From assembly GCA_951406725.2 (NCBI GenBank), contig OX597825.1, forward strand, positions 42,966,001 to 43,030,000: DNA of 64,000 bases, given 5' to 3'. The notes under the pieces were generated by a model. That model was not told where the DNA came from. It was given only the letters and a program-made list of their open reading frames with translations, and did no database searches. The position numbers and the translations under genes were made by a program. This DNA comes from Octopus vulgaris. Its lineage: Eukaryota. Positions 1-14,300 of this stretch are shown here, piece after piece. Positions within the stretch are counted from its first letter, which is position 1. Every line of letters begins with the position of its first letter.

Positions 1-190
1 TGCTAAGCTCTCAGTGTCCAGTTCCATCAGCATGACCAGCAGCTGATCTCTCTAGTTTCAGCGACGAGTACAAAGTCATCTGCGAATCGGATGTGTGTTA
101 GTTGCTCGTTATGGATGTCGTTGATGGCCCTTTCTAGATAGAGTTTTGGAGATGTGATATCTCTTTGCTTGATACCTTTACCGATGGTGA
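1..190 (-). mobile_element. Non-LTR retrotransposon RT fragment
   Basis: Translation GKGIKQRDITSPKL...LTHIRFADDFVLVAE matches the RT G-x-x-QG and F/YADD motifs; truncated by a TACA microsatellite. Confidence 0.65.
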
Positions 191-328
191 TACATACGTA
201 CATACATACATACACTACTGTCGCCGGGTATAATCTGCGTCTGCGCAGTGGTTTGAAAAGTTAGGATTTACAAACCGTTAGTTCTACATGTGGATCTGGC
301 GGTCTGTATATCTGAAATCTAAAGGCTG

Positions 329-400
329 TCCCACTGAAGAAAAGTGGCCTTCAGCAAATACTTTTTTTGCTGGAAATAGTTAGAAACTGTCGGTCTGGGA
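329..400 (+). ncRNA. Type I hammerhead-like motif
   Basis: Stem I TCCCA/TGGGA; CTGAAGA at 334-340; hairpin TTCAGCAAA/TTTGCTGGA in stem II with a degenerate base; GAAA at 383-386; short stem III; GTC triplet at 393-395. Confidence 0.6.
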
Positions 401-625
401 AATAGTTGAGATGGTAAACGTTTTTAATTTTCATTCCTTTCGTGAATTTATCCTTTTTTGTGGTCTTGAGATTTCTACTGCTCTTTCTAGCACAACGCTT
501 TCCTATTTGGAAGCCTCTTATTGCATTTCTATATGAATAATATATAGTCTAATGACTAATTCGTTTTTTGTGCTAGGCGACTGGTAATAATAATTTATTA
601 TTACTCTATTTTATTATGTTTACAA

Positions 626-729
<104 letters not shown>

Positions 730-761
730 ATATATGTATATATATGTATATATGTATATAT

Positions 762-955
762 ATAGGCAAAGTTTACGAAAATAAACAAAAGACGAAGGCA
801 GGTGGTGTACAAACAAACAAATGTATTAGTATAGCGCTCAGGAATAGAAAAAGTCTTTTACGTTTCGAGCCTACGCTCTTCCACAGAAAGATACACAGAA
901 AAAAACAAGGAGAGAAACAAGGAGAGAAAAAAATGCGTTTAGAAGCTAACGATCT

Positions 956-958
<3 letters not shown>
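762..958 (-). mobile_element. Short repeat between (TA)n tracts carrying a variant minimal hammerhead (854-891)
   Basis: Minus strand reads TCTTT-CTGTGGA-A-GAGC GTAG GCTC-GAAA-CG-TA-AAAGA: stems I and II intact, core CUGUGGA instead of CUGANGA. Confidence 0.5.
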
Positions 959-1009
<51 letters not shown>

Positions 1010-1341
1010 TGTATATGTATATATATATTCCTGAAATTGAATATTTTGAATTACTAAGGGCAGTGGACCCTTTCAGAATATTTCTTGTTAATTCCAAAGT
1101 TTGAAATAAATAGATTCCTAATATAAAATATGTTACCCAAGTATAAGCTTCAAGTGCATAAAAGAGGTTCATAATTGCATACCAATTTAAAGATTTCTTA
1201 ATATACATACGCAATGATATCTTTATATATGTTCCGTCAAACTTATTACACTTCGCCTTATGTGCATATAAATATACATACATTCACACACACACACACA
1301 CACACATATATATGGATATATATATATATACATACACACAC

Positions 1342-1389
<48 letters not shown>

Positions 1390-1503
1390 TATATACTAAG
1401 TATATATATATATGCATGTATATATATGTATATATGTATACATGCATATATATGTAAATATACATATATAAATACATATACATATATACATGTATGTTAG
1501 GGA

Positions 1504-1581
<78 letters not shown>
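1504..1581. repeat. (TAA)n microsatellite
   Basis: Direct reading. Confidence 0.95.
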
Positions 1582-1582
<1 letters not shown>

Positions 1583-1609
1583 GAATGCCCCTCCCACGTG
1601 ACGAGTGGT

Positions 1610-2605
1610 ATGTAATATTCGTTACAAATACTGTGACGTCGAGAAGTCGAGGGAAGTCGGTCATAGACAGTCTTAATTTACTTGTCTAACTAACTATACC
1701 GTTGTACCGGAGTGGACGTGAAAACATTGTGATTTTGGATCACAATAGTGGCGACGGGGAATTAACAAACTCACGAGTATTAAAAACCTCTCAAGGAGTA
1801 CGAAACTCATAAAAGTTTTTTTGCAAGAATTTTATGTTGTACAATTATGGAAGACTTGTTGGCCGGTTTGCTCGAGTTGCAGGAACAGCAACAAGAGACT
1901 GCGGAAACAACAGCAGTCGCAGTAGCTGCAGTGACAGCAACAACGGCAAATTCATGAACAACAACAGCAGCGTCTGCTGCAGGAGCGGTAACAACATCAA
2001 CAATTACTACAGCAACAACAACAGCAATTACTATTACAGCAACCACAACTGCAAGAACAACAACAGCAACATCAATTACTATTATAACAGCAACTGCTGA
2101 AATTAATGAATAGTAAGTCATCAGAAAATGCTGGTAAGACGTTCTCGCCGGATTGTGTTGCAAACTCAATAATGGAATTTAAGCATGAACCAGACGAAGG
2201 AGTTACCTTTGTATCGTACCGCAGAAGATATGAACAGATCGTCAATAAAGAGTACAAAAATTGGAACTATTATATGAAAAGACGTTTAATCCTAAGAAAA
2301 CTGGCAGCAGTAGAACATGAACATTGCAGCAATTACGTACTCCTGAAAAGATCTTCTGACATAAGTTTAGCGAGAAAAGCTCGTTGTTTAATATACGCTG
2401 GAAATGTTTGAAACTAGAAAAGAACAACGATGAGGTCTACACCACATATATGCTGGTAGAGTTAGCAGGGAATGGGAAAAGTTAAATCTTGATGAATTAA
2501 GACCATATATGTTCAAGTACCTGATATTTACTTAGGGACTAACTGCGGAGAAAGACACAGAAGGAAGAAGAATTCTCGCTAATCTGGAACAAAACCAAGC
2601 ACATA
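1610..2605 (+). mobile_element. Degenerate Ty3/Gypsy LTR retrotransposon 5' part (LTR end, PBS, gag-like)
   Basis: PBS-like TGGCGACG at ~1749; CAA/CAG-rich leader; gag-like FSPDCVANSIMEFKHEPDEGVTFVSYRRRYE; homologous to the minus-strand copy at ~30770-31620, which is linked to RNase H and integrase. Confidence 0.6.
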
Positions 2606-2653
2606 AAACACTTTCACCCCTCTATTTATCTGCCTGTCTGATTCTCATTACTA

Positions 2654-2872
2654 TACAAGGGAGTGCTGAAACTTACCTGGCTTTGGGTAGAAAAATACAG
2701 CAGAATCAGTTGATTATGATTTTATTCAATATATTCCCTTTTCAGATTCTCACACTTATTACAGCGGTCATTCAGTTTTTCTAAGCTCTGTAAAAGAATT
2801 CAGAAGGTTGAGTCTCCGGCCAAGTCTTTTCACGATACCCTTAAACCCAGGAACTTTTCAGCACTCCTTCAT
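2654..2872. mobile_element. Mariner-derived MITE
   Basis: Imperfect TIRs TACAAGGGAGTGCTGAAACTTACCTGG / CCAGGAACTTTTCAGCACTCCTTCATA with TA flanks. Confidence 0.6.
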
Positions 2873-2934
2873 ATATGTCTGTCAGTCTCTCTTGATCAGT
2901 ATTAATTTAAAATCTGTTTTTCTAATTTCTCTTT

Positions 2935-3550
2935 GAGAACGCGGATAGGCTGAAAACTTCATAGTTTGACCAATCACAGAATGTGATCAAATGAGATTTA
3001 TTTTTCAACATAGTCCCTCTTATGGTGTCGCAGGCTTGGATCCCATTGGATCCCATTGCTGAAGAAGCTTTCATCGTGTTGGTCAAAAATAGTCACTAGC
3101 ACTGCGATACTGTTTTCCAGCCAAGTGGCTTTTCATGTGGGGTTAAAAATGATAACCTGATGGGGCTAAATCTGGAGAATAGAGAGGGTGATCAACCAAT
3201 TCAAAGCAACAGTCATGCACAGCATCCATTGACACCAAAGACTTGTGTGTTGGAGTATTGTCCTGATGAAACAAGACCCCTTTCGCCAGTTTACCTGAGC
3301 GTTTGGTCTCCTCGTTGAGGATACATTTTGCATTCCCTCCAAAAATCTGAGGCCATCACCGCCACTGCAGATGAAGCGACCATGGCCTTCTTTGGAATAG
3401 GTGAAGAGGAGTGTTTCCACAGTATGAATTGTCTCTTTGGCTCTGGTTCCAAATGATAAAATCAACACTCATCTTGAGTTAGGAAACCTTCAATGGAACC
3501 ATCTGGGACTGCCTCACATAATGTCAGATTTCTATAAGTTACTCGCAGAC
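2935..3550 (-). mobile_element. Mariner transposase remnant
   Basis: A minus frame reads LFHQDNTPTHKSLVSMDAVHDCCFELVDHPLYSPDLAPS (HQDN and YSPDLAP mariner motifs). Confidence 0.8.
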
Positions 3551-3784
3551 TATATACATGTGTGTATGTGTGTCTGTATGTGTATATTTATCTATTTTTC
3601 TGTCTATTTCTGTATCTACACATACACACACACAACACACACATACACACACATACACACACACACATACACACACACACACACATATATATATGAAATG
3701 TAGACAAGATATTTGAATATACCACTTTTATCAAAATACAAAAAAATACTCACGTAAGATATATCTATGCATCCATGATTAATT

Positions 3785-4227
3785 TTGATTCAAATTTTGG
3801 CACAAGGTCAGTAATTTCGGGGTAGGGATTAACTCAAGTACATTAACCCCCGGTGCTCAACTGTTACTTGTTTTATGAACCCCGAAAGTATAAAAAGCAA
3901 AGTTGTTTACGACAGAATTCGAACTCAAAACTTAAAGATAGACGAAATACCGCTAAACATTTTGCCCGGAGTGTAAACGATTCTGTCAGCTCGCCGCCTT
4001 ATCCATAATATCGGTTTCAAAATTAGGCACACGGCCAGTAAGTTCGGAGGAGGAGCAAGTCAATTATATCGACCCCAATGCCTAACTGGTACTTATTTCA
4101 TCGATCCCAATAGGATAACATACAAAGTCGACCGCGGCGGAATTTGAACTCAGAACGTAAACACAGGTGAAATGCTGCTAAGCATTTTGTCCGGCGTGCT
4201 AATGATTCTACCAGCTCGCTGCCTTAT
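3785..4227 (-). mobile_element. Two tandem tRNA-derived SINEs (Meta/MESC-domain-like)
   Basis: The reverse complement starts AGGCGGCGAGCTG, has a B-box-like GAGTTCAAATTCC and a central CATCCT..GGGTCGATAAA..AAGTACCAG; same family at 10083, 10277, 18795 and 61170. Confidence 0.75.
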
Positions 4228-7200
4228 CCATTATAATTTTTTACACTTCGGATACGAGTTGTTAAAGCTATAGTATTGTCAGTAAGGATATACTATTACA
4301 AGAAGGCGAGACAGGTAGAGAACGAGAGAAAAAGAGAGATGGAGAGAGAGAGAAAGGAGTGCGTGTAAGAGGAGAGAAAGGAGTGAGTGTAAGAGGAGAG
4401 AATTGAGGAACTAAGAGAGGAGGGAGAAAGTGTTGAAAGAGGGAAAGACAGGTTATGTGCACGTTTGTAAGTAAATCATATTACGCTTAGAAAAACAACA
4501 ACCTCTACAATAAGATTGTTAGAAGTTCATTTCAGTCCATTTACAAACTACCAAGCAGGTAAATTGAACATTATCACAACAATGAAATCATTGGATATAA
4601 TCGTGTACGTAAGACCTGTTATGTGGAAACACGCTTCTACGTTAACTTGTTCATGTTGGTTAAATTTATAGGAGAATACGCCGTTCAAATGTATTCTTTA
4701 TTAAAACCAAGTTGTAAACATATGAATATCAATACCAAATTTTAATAAAACTTTTTAAATTTATTATTTTATTTTCTGGCTTTTATATTTTTGTATGTTT
4801 GTAATCTCATTCTGAGCCAAATTGCAAAATGCTACCGATAACTTCTTTAAAGGTAGTATAAGTTTGCGTGGAAGGAAAATTTTGTAGACAATCTGTATCG
4901 ATGGTTTGCTTCCCCGTTGAGAAATGGTAAATCGATGGATATTCTAATATAAAATTCAGACGATATTGATTCTTTTAATACACAGTAGCTAGAATGTGTA
5001 ATGATTGAAGCAAAAAAAAAAGGAAAAAAACAAAAACACTTTTATTAAACATATCCGGAGAATAATCCCGAAGCGACCGTATAGAGTTATAACAATGTAT
5101 ATTCAATTTTTGCCAGCAAAATGGTTGCAAATCTGGCTTCTGCGAAAGTATTTTGATCTACTATCAGATGATATGATTTCTATCGCATTACCTTTAATAA
5201 GAAATCTTTCTGTCACCTTTATTAAATGGTAATGTCTGTAATCATACGATTTTGACTGTGTTGGCTACCCACCATATTTCTTTGATAGTGAATTATTCGC
5301 TAACCCTATTCTGAATATTAACACCATTGTTAAATTACTCCAGCCGTTAACTAGAACATTACACAACACTTTTCAGTAATACTTGATACAGCTTCAAAAC
5401 AACCACGTAGCTCTGGAAAATTATTTGCACTACTTTCAAAAAACGCTGTCCCATTAAAAATCGGCAGACCCATATCCTACTTTACTATTAAAAGAAAATT
5501 CATTTTTAACTATGATCTGAGCATGTATAAATTCTATTTCTTAAACAACTTCATATTTTCATATATATTAATTTAGGCAAATTCGGTAGAGTCTGGCTCG
5601 TAAGGAATCTGTTTGTTAAAAGATTCTTGTGCATATGTCTTTTACATAAAAACTACAGATAATGTAACCGTAAGAAAACAGACCCTTGGAGGATTTGGAT
5701 TTGTTGAAACAGTTACTATAATAATAAAGAGGATGAAGAAAACCCACGATAATAGATTATTATTTACGATTTTTTCTTATATATACCGGCTGTATTTAAG
5801 ATATAAGATGTTTTACGTTTGGGAAACGGAACAACATTGTTGCATATATTTCCATAGACTGTAAATATACCGAGATGTAGAAAACATTTGATTGGCGTTG
5901 TTACCATTCTAGCAAAATTTATCTTTAATCATAATGAACCTTAATAGGGTTTAACCAATCTCATTGGGCTTCCATGTTAAAATTCGGCTGTAGAAGATTT
6001 TGCTACTCAGTCACCTGAAGGTGTTTAATATAAACACCAGTAACGTACCGTAATCGATTTAGGTCAATAAACTCCTCTTCACAACTTTGTGATGATGGTA
6101 GACATCAATAAAACAATGAATTGTAACAAATTGTTGTATTATTTAGTAGAAATTAGAATATTTAGTTTTAATAAGTTACATTTTGAGAGAATTTTTTTTT
6201 TAAATAATTAATTACAATTATGGGTTTCTTTCTTAAGTTGTGGTGTGAAAGTTATAACGAACGATAATCATTCTTTGTCGAACCATAAAGGTACTCTTAA
6301 TGATTTATAATTAAATTAAAACTTTAGATAAATTTAAAATGTGTAGTACTTAGACTTTTTATTAAGTATACATTAAACGGAAAAGTAATGAACAACTAAC
6401 ATGAAAGCAGTCTTAAAAAATTAGATATAAGCTGTTTAAGTCATGATTCTTAGTAAAGATTAATTTATTATGCGTATGTAAATAAATTTAGTCTTGCTGT
6501 GAAGATTGTTCGGGGGTATCACGATTTCATGTCGCTTTAGGTTGTCTTCACTCTTCTTGTAACACACGCTTACTCTCTAATTATGTATAAATCCTTAGAA
6601 ATATTCTGTCACACTACCATATATGATAATGATTTAAAAGACATTGAGCATCTTACATTAAACTTTTCACAGCATCACATTAACAAAATCTATTAGATGA
6701 ATGTATGACCAATAATGTTTAAGGATTTATTTAGCGAAATAATCTATTTAAGATAGATATTTTATTTCCTGATGTTTTGATGCGTGAAATTGCTTTAATC
6801 GGTTTCGGTTCTTATTGGTTACATAAATTTTGTGGGAGTTTAATGAAGGTCTCTGACTGAAGTTTTGAATTATTTCTAATGAATACGTACTATAGTTTAG
6901 AAAAAAGTACTTGAAAACATTCTATTAAGATAAATTCTTATTGCATCAAATAACCAGATAAGGTTAGAATTTCAGTAATTGATTACATACCATCAGTTTG
7001 ACACCTTATTGATTTTAATCTGCATTGCAAACACTTAAATATAATATGGAAGGCATACAGAACTAAGCCAGTCCCAGTCTTAGCATCTCCAGAGTTCAAA
7101 AAGAACTTCAACCCCCGGCAAGAGTTTAACTCAGAACCAAAAGAAATATATCTAAAATAGCAAGTCAGTTACTTGAACGCACTATTATTTTCACTTTTCC

Positions 7201-9215
7201 TCTTCCCTCCACTTGTAATTAGTTTTGTTGATATTTTCACAGAAATTCGTCTTCTTGTTCTAACCAATTTCGTAAATAGAAACGATTAACGTATTCTGTC
7301 CAGAAACACAAGAGAACACCTGCAATAGATAATTTAATTGTTAAAGTGGCAATGTCAGGGCAGTAAGTGTAGCGTCTGTCCTTTACAGAGGCCCAAACTT
7401 TATAGGCAATCAAACTGGAGACTTAATATTTGCACTAACGTAGACTTAACTCAAAGTACCTTAGAACAACGTTGAAAGAGAAATGAATTTTGTCTAACGT
7501 CGATGATTTAATTTCACTCTCTGTGAACAATAGAGAAAAATTCTTATAATCTCTATAGGCTGTAAAATATAATGCTAGTTTGGTTTCTTTTGTAGTTTAT
7601 ACCCAAAACTATCCAGATTTGGCGAACCTCAGAGTAAGGCAATTCCAGCTATAAGAATTGTAATTTCCCTTTTACGCATAGCGTATCATGAATAATATAA
7701 TCGAAATTATCATATACTTAAGATGTGGTTTAAGCAACATCTAGATGCTATTTCTAGTAGATAAATGAACCATATAGACGTTATCCCTTTAATTAAATAT
7801 TACTTCTTATATTGTTATCCTTCAAGGACTGTATTGGGATCCGTAATCACAGACGCTAAGTCCTTGACCATCTCTTTTTTTGCCTGATAGATTTTCTTAC
7901 AAATCCATTTTTAAAATGCCTTATATTTTAAGGTTATAAATATAATTCGAAGGTAGTTTGTCATAATTTCTTGCACACCGATTAATGCTCTTTTATGTTT
8001 ATTATTTAATTCCTTACAGGTGATACTTGCTTCATTATACTGCATTTTAAGTTATTTAGATCCCTATAATCCAGCAGTCTCCATTCAGTTTTGATTACTG
8101 CTCTCTAATATTGTACATCATTTCAACTTAAACAAAGTCGAACATGTGTTTATAAGAATATTTTTTAAAGCTTGATACTTGTCAGACTAGTATTTAGAAG
8201 TTAAAGAGCTTTTAACAACTATATTAAAGAGTTAATATATTGTCTACATAAGCTTAGAGAAATATTAAAAGATCAATAGTATTTGACGCTAATTTATAAC
8301 AACAAGATGACTAAGTGTGATTTTCTTGAACAATAGGTGATAACGTAAAGTTTTCTATTTTAAGCTATGAGAAGTAGATACGTAGAGGGAAAATGTACTA
8401 TAGTTCGAACCACTGTAGGTAGAATGGCAGTACGAAATAATGATATTGTTATACATCTTTGATGATGATAAAATGAATGATACTAGAACTATTAATAGGT
8501 ATATTTCGACGATTTCGAAGCTATCTTGTGACATTATCTTTGTTGATACAGATGCAGCAGATACAGATACAGATACAGATGTGTTGAAGAACAATTGAAT
8601 ATCTCTATCTTGTAGTATTTAGAAGTTGAAGAGCTTTTAACATTCCATAGAGGTTACTATAGATTTGCTACAACACAAATTAAAGTTGATTACTATGTAT
8701 AGAAATTATATTTTTCCTTTGAAAAGTTACAAAATCGTATGTAGCTAAAGAAATTAAAACAGATTAAGGAATATGTTTTGTAATGGAAATTCAATTTGAA
8801 TGTGATTTGAGATCAAAAGCACATTGCAGGATATATATATATATATATATATTCGGGTAGGTTTATTTCAAGACTTCAGTTTTTTTTAAATACTAGTTTT
8901 ATAAATGTTATGTTTTTTAGGTTATTAGAAGGTTGCATCTCAAGTTGAATTATTTCTATGATTTAAAGAAAACAGAAGAAAGTAGTCTATTCCATTAATT
9001 TCTATATCAAATAAAATATCTGCCTGAAGTTTGAAGATCGTGAATTTATGATAAATCATTCAATTATCTCTACTTCATTTGACACTAATATCATAAGGTC
9101 AGAATAAACTATATTAAACTCACTAGTATTAGGATTCGTGATCTTGTGATTGCTGGCTGGAAATATTTACACTTTCAATCAGTTGTTGTCATTGGAATAT
9201 ATTCCGACCATTCTT

Positions 9216-9216
9216 A

Positions 9217-9259
<43 letters not shown>
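9216..9259. repeat. (ATTG)n microsatellite
   Basis: Direct reading. Confidence 0.9.
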
Positions 9260-10082
9260 AGATCCATATCTTCCTGCTGAAATTTGTTCTTAAACATAAT
9301 ACTGAGACACATCACATCGATTGCTTATTTCTGCACCAACTAGATTCCATTGTAAATTTCCATTCTTGCATATGTTCATGTATATTCTGATTCGAATTTA
9401 TATAAATTGGTATAGGGTGATATGCAAATAACTAAACATATAGGTGATTATGTGTATATATGGTCATGAGTATCTGAACTGCAATTCCATTACGGTATTT
9501 CTATTTGGTTTGCTGCGATACTTCTACCGACAATGTCTTTCAACTATCTATTTGATCATGACGAAATAGATAGCGTTGTAAATGGCTATCTATACGAACG
9601 GTTCCAGCAAAATTTTTCAGGAGAAATTGAAGACAAAAGAGGCGCCAGTCAGTTATTACTAAATTAAATTAGCGGAAATTAAGATTATTACAAGTCGTCT
9701 GATTAGAATATAACTACGCAAAGATATTTATGGCTACACAAAACACCAACAGGTTTTCGTAGACCCCATCTAACTTATAAATATAACACAGCAATTGATT
9801 TGGGGAAACGTAAAGAAATTGCTTATTATATTTGTTTTAATTCTTAAGATGAAAGCATGCTACCACCAGCTAAATAATTAGTATTTACATAATTATAAAA
9901 AAAAGCTGTCGATTGATGAACTATGAATATGTTTAACCATTCGTACTCAGGTATCTAACTGCGTAAAATATTTTTTAAAAACAATGATTACCAACCATCT
10001 TTAAGTAATATTCATATTTTCAAACTTATGAAAATGTCAATATAGTGTTGTATATTTCATTTCTTAATATTTAAGGAAAGAT

Positions 10083-10487
10083 AAGGCGACGAGCTAGCAG
10101 AAACTTTAGCACGTCGGACGAAATGCTTAGCGGTATTTCGTCTGTATTTACGTTCTGAGTTCAAATTTGGCCGTGGTCGACTTTGCCTTCCATCCTTTCG
10201 GGGTCGGTAAATTAAGTACCAGATGCGTACTGGGATCGATGTGAGTTGAGTAGAAAAGAATATTTAAGGGAAGATAAGGCGGTGAGCTGACAGAAGTACG
10301 TCGGGCGAAATGCTTAGTGGTATTTTATCCGGCCTTACATTCTGAATTCAAATTCCCCCGTGTTCGACTTGACCTTTCATTCTTTCAAGAGTCGATAAAA
10401 TAAGTATCAGGCAAGTAATAGGGGCGATGTATCGACTTAAAACACCCTTGGAATTGCTGGCTTTGTGCTAAAATCTGAAATCAATAT
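10083..10487 (+). mobile_element. Two tandem tRNA-derived SINEs
   Basis: AGGCGACGAGCTAGCAG...GAGTTCAAATT...CATCCTTTCGGGGTCGGTAAATTAAGTACCAG, repeated from 10277. Confidence 0.8.
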
Positions 10488-11348
10488 TTAAGAGAAGATG
10501 CATATTATGATTCCAGTGAAGAAGTTATTTCGAAACTGTTTGCTGTTATGGTTTTACCATTTCGTTTTACCTCCTGCGGTACAGTCCTGCATGCCAGACA
10601 ACTGAATTTGTACTGGAATATGTCAGTAAACCTTTTGTAATTCTTAAAACCAAATTCAGAATTGTGTGTTTCATATTAATGACTAGATATGCTTTATCCT
10701 TTGTGATGATACGCATCTGCACTGTTATGAATATCGTTTTCCTCAAAAACATTCCATAACGCAGAGAACCTTATTGATTCTAGTTTTTGAAGTTATATAC
10801 GTCCTCACAGAATAGCCATCCATGCATTCTAATTTTAAACCTATTTACACGTCATTCGAAGTTAGCGTATTCGTCGTTAAAAACTATTGCACTCTGCGAT
10901 ATGCTCATTTAAGGAATATATTTTCATATAAATATCTGCAAACTGTACTAATTTTTCTTCTCAAGAAATAAAGATTTATCGGGTTTGCGACTGCAGAAGA
11001 AGGCCAGCTCGACAACATAGTAAAATGGTTCTGGTGTACATCCTACTTCAGCAATAATTTTTCAGTTGCTCAAAACAAGATGCATCTTAAAACTTCCAGA
11101 TTCGTTGGCACAAAATGGTGCACTATATTTTTCTTGAAAATTCATTTTTCACTTAAATATCCACTCTGTTTATTTACATATTACATTCGATACAACATAT
11201 TGCATTCGATGGGAGTAAATAAACAAAGAGAAAATAATGGGATAGAGATGAATGTAACTGAATGAGAGCATGTCAGAAGGAGATAGAAAGAGAAAACACG
11301 TAATTCCATATATGTAAATAGAAATACGCTTATATATATATATATATA

Positions 11349-14300
11349 TTGTTGTTGGCATCCTTTTTGTCTCGGGAGACAATGGAGTTGCGCATAAAGT
11401 AGTCTAGTCCGGCTTTTACATTTCATATCCTGATACATTTCCTGCTGTGGCTGTGTAGTCCTATCCTGGACAAACAGTCCCTCTGGCAGGTACCGCAAAT
11501 GTAGCGAAGACTGTTCCTGGCTGGTTGTAATGCCATAGTTTCTTGTTGACGTATTTTCTTGTCTTTCCATTTCTCCTCTCTCTCTCTGTCACTCCTTTGT
11601 ATTCCCTCTTTTACGGTACGTCGCCAGCCTCCACGGTTGCCGGCAACTGCCTCTCAACCGCTAATATTGATGTTGCAGGCCTTCATGTCCCTTTTGCAAA
11701 CATCCTTGTAACGTAAGAATGGTCTACCCACAGACCTAGTACCCCTAGCAAGCTCTCCGTAGAGTATGTCCTTGGGGATTCTGCCATCTTTCATACGGCT
11801 AACATGCCCAAGCCATCTCATACGTCTTTGTGTGAGGAGTGCAAACATGCTTGGTATTCCTGCTTGCCTGAGGACATCTTTGTTGGGGATATGATTCTGC
11901 CATTTGATGCGGAGGATTATCCGGAGGCAGCGCAGGTGAAAGATGTTTAGGCGACGCTCTTGGCGTGTGTATAGCGTCCAAGTCTCACTTCCATACAGTA
12001 GAGTGCAAAGTACACATGCCTGGTAGATCTTCATTTTCGTGGTCTTGGTCAGCTTATTGTTGTCCCAAGCCCGTTTGGAGAGTTGGGCCATCGCAGCAGC
12101 TGCCTTGCCAATGCATATATTGAGCTCAGCGTCAAGGGATAGGTTGTAGGTGACGGTAGAGCCAATATAGGTAAATTTCTCCACCTCTTGTAATCTGTGG
12201 TCTCCAATATGTATGTTTGGGATGTCCGATGTAGCCTGACCCATGATGTTGGTCTTCTTAAGGCTGATAGCTAAGCCAAAGTCGTTACATGCTTGCTCAA
12301 AACAGTTAATGAGCCTTTGGAGGGCTTCTTCTGTGTGTGATACCAGAGCGGCATCATCAGCAAATAGCATCTCCTTGATCAGGACGTTTCTGATTTTGGT
12401 CTTGGCACGCAGGGGCGAGAGATTGAACAGTTTCCCGTCACTTCTACTGTGCAGAAACACTCCATCATCTGATGTCTGAAAGGCATGTGAGAGTAAGAGC
12501 GAGAAGAAGATGCCAAACAATGTAGGAGCGAGGACCCCTTGCTTTACCCGTTTTTTATTTGGAAGGCGGCTGATGTTGAACCGTTGTGCTCTATGGTGCC
12601 TTGCATGTCCTCATGGAAAGACTTGATGATCCTCAGCAGCTTTGGTGGACATCCGATTTTTTGGAGCAGGAGGAAGAGGCCTGTTCTGCTTACCGAGTCG
12701 AAGGCCTTTGTTAGATCAATGAAGGCCATATATAGTGGCATTTTCTGCTCTCTGGACTTCTCCTGAAATTGGCGTATGGAGAATATCATATCGATAGTTG
12801 ATATGCTTCTTCTAAAGCCACACTGCGATTCCGGATAGATTCGAGAAGTAAGTAGTTGTAGCCTGGCCAGGATAACGCGGGCAAAGGTCTTTCCAACAGT
12901 GCTTAGTTAACAAAGATATTCCACGGTAATTGTTACAATCACCACGGTCACCTTTGCTTTTGTAAAGCGTAATGATGTTAGCATCCCGCATATCCTGAGG
13001 GACTGTACCCTCTTCCCAGCACTGACACAGAAGCTCATGAAGATGCCGAAGCAGGATGGTGTTTTTGCCGGCTTTGATGATCTCTGAGGGGATGCCGTCT
13101 TTTCCCGGAGCCTTGTTTCTTGCTAGGGAGTCAACAGCCTTGGTGAGCTCTGTTATAGATGGCGGACTGTCAAGTTCGCACATGACTGGCAAGATCTTGA
13201 CACTCTCGACTGCATCCTCAGCCACTGTAGTCTCCCGTGAGTAGAGATCCTGGTAGTGCTCCACCCATCTATCCATTTGCTTGCTTTGATCCCTGATGAG
13301 ATCTCCAGTAGTTGATTTCAGAGGGGCTGACTTGGTTGCGGATGGACCGAGGGCCTTCTTCAAACCGGCATACATCCCACGGGTGTCGCCCCTGTCAGCA
13401 GCTGACTGGATACTCTGACAGATTTCCTGCCAATACCTGTTTGCACAGCGTCTGGCTGTCAGTTGGGTTTTATTTCGTGCCTTTCTGAGTTCTTCGAGTG
13501 ACTTTGTAGAAGAGTCCCTCTTGTATTGCATCAGAGCTGCACGCTTTGCTTCGATAACTGGCTCCAGCTCTGAGAGCCCAGCATTGAACCAATCTGGGTT
13601 TTGCCTTTCTCTCATGCCGAAAGTATCTATTGATGTCGTATACAAAGCTTCCCTGATATAGTTCCACCTACTTTCAGCAGAGGAGGTTGGGCAGCTGCTG
13701 AGGGCAACCTTGATAGAAGCAGCAAAACATTTTCGCAGTGTAGGGTCCGAGGTTCTGGCAGTGTTAATGCGTGGTCGGCCCACTTTCTTGGAGTGATGGA
13801 CTTTTTTAGGCAGAATCCTCACCCTACTTCTAATTAGTGAGTGGTCTGTGTCACAATCCGCGCTGTGGTAACTGCGGGTCAATAGAATAGAATTCAGAAA
13901 GGATCTCCGTGTAATGAAGATATCTTGGATGTCTCCAAGATGTCTTGTGGGATGGCTTGTTGGTAAAGAATGTGTTTGTGATGCACAGGTTATGGTATGT
14001 GCAGAATTCGAGTAGTCTCTGACCATTGTCATTCATGTTGCCAATACCAAAGTGTCCAACACAAATGGGCCATTAATCATGGTCAGATCCCACGCGAGCG
14101 TTAAAATCCCCTAGAAGGTAGATATTTTCAGTTGTTGGTATATTTTCTATGACACAGTTGAGATCTTTGTAGAACTGGTCCTTGGTCTCCTCTGAGCTGT
14201 AGAGAGTGGGAGCATAGATGCTGAGTAGATGTACTGAGCCAGAAGAAGTCGAGAGGCGCAGTGAGAGGATACGCTCAGTGCCTCCTGATGGTGGTTCTAT

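Noticed and set aside
6011-6056. CTGAAG-GTGTTT/AAACAC hairpin resembling a hammerhead
   Set aside because: GAAA box and stem I are missing.
9470-9664. Open frame with a hydrophobic stretch and a KR site (ISIWFAAILLPTMS...EDKRG), superficially prepropeptide-like
   Set aside because: No upstream Met or convincing splice acceptor and no recognisable homology; needs RNA-seq.
10570-10840. Possible minus-strand exon bounded by AG and GT with Cys-containing peptides
   Set aside because: No frame stays open across the whole segment; cannot be supported.
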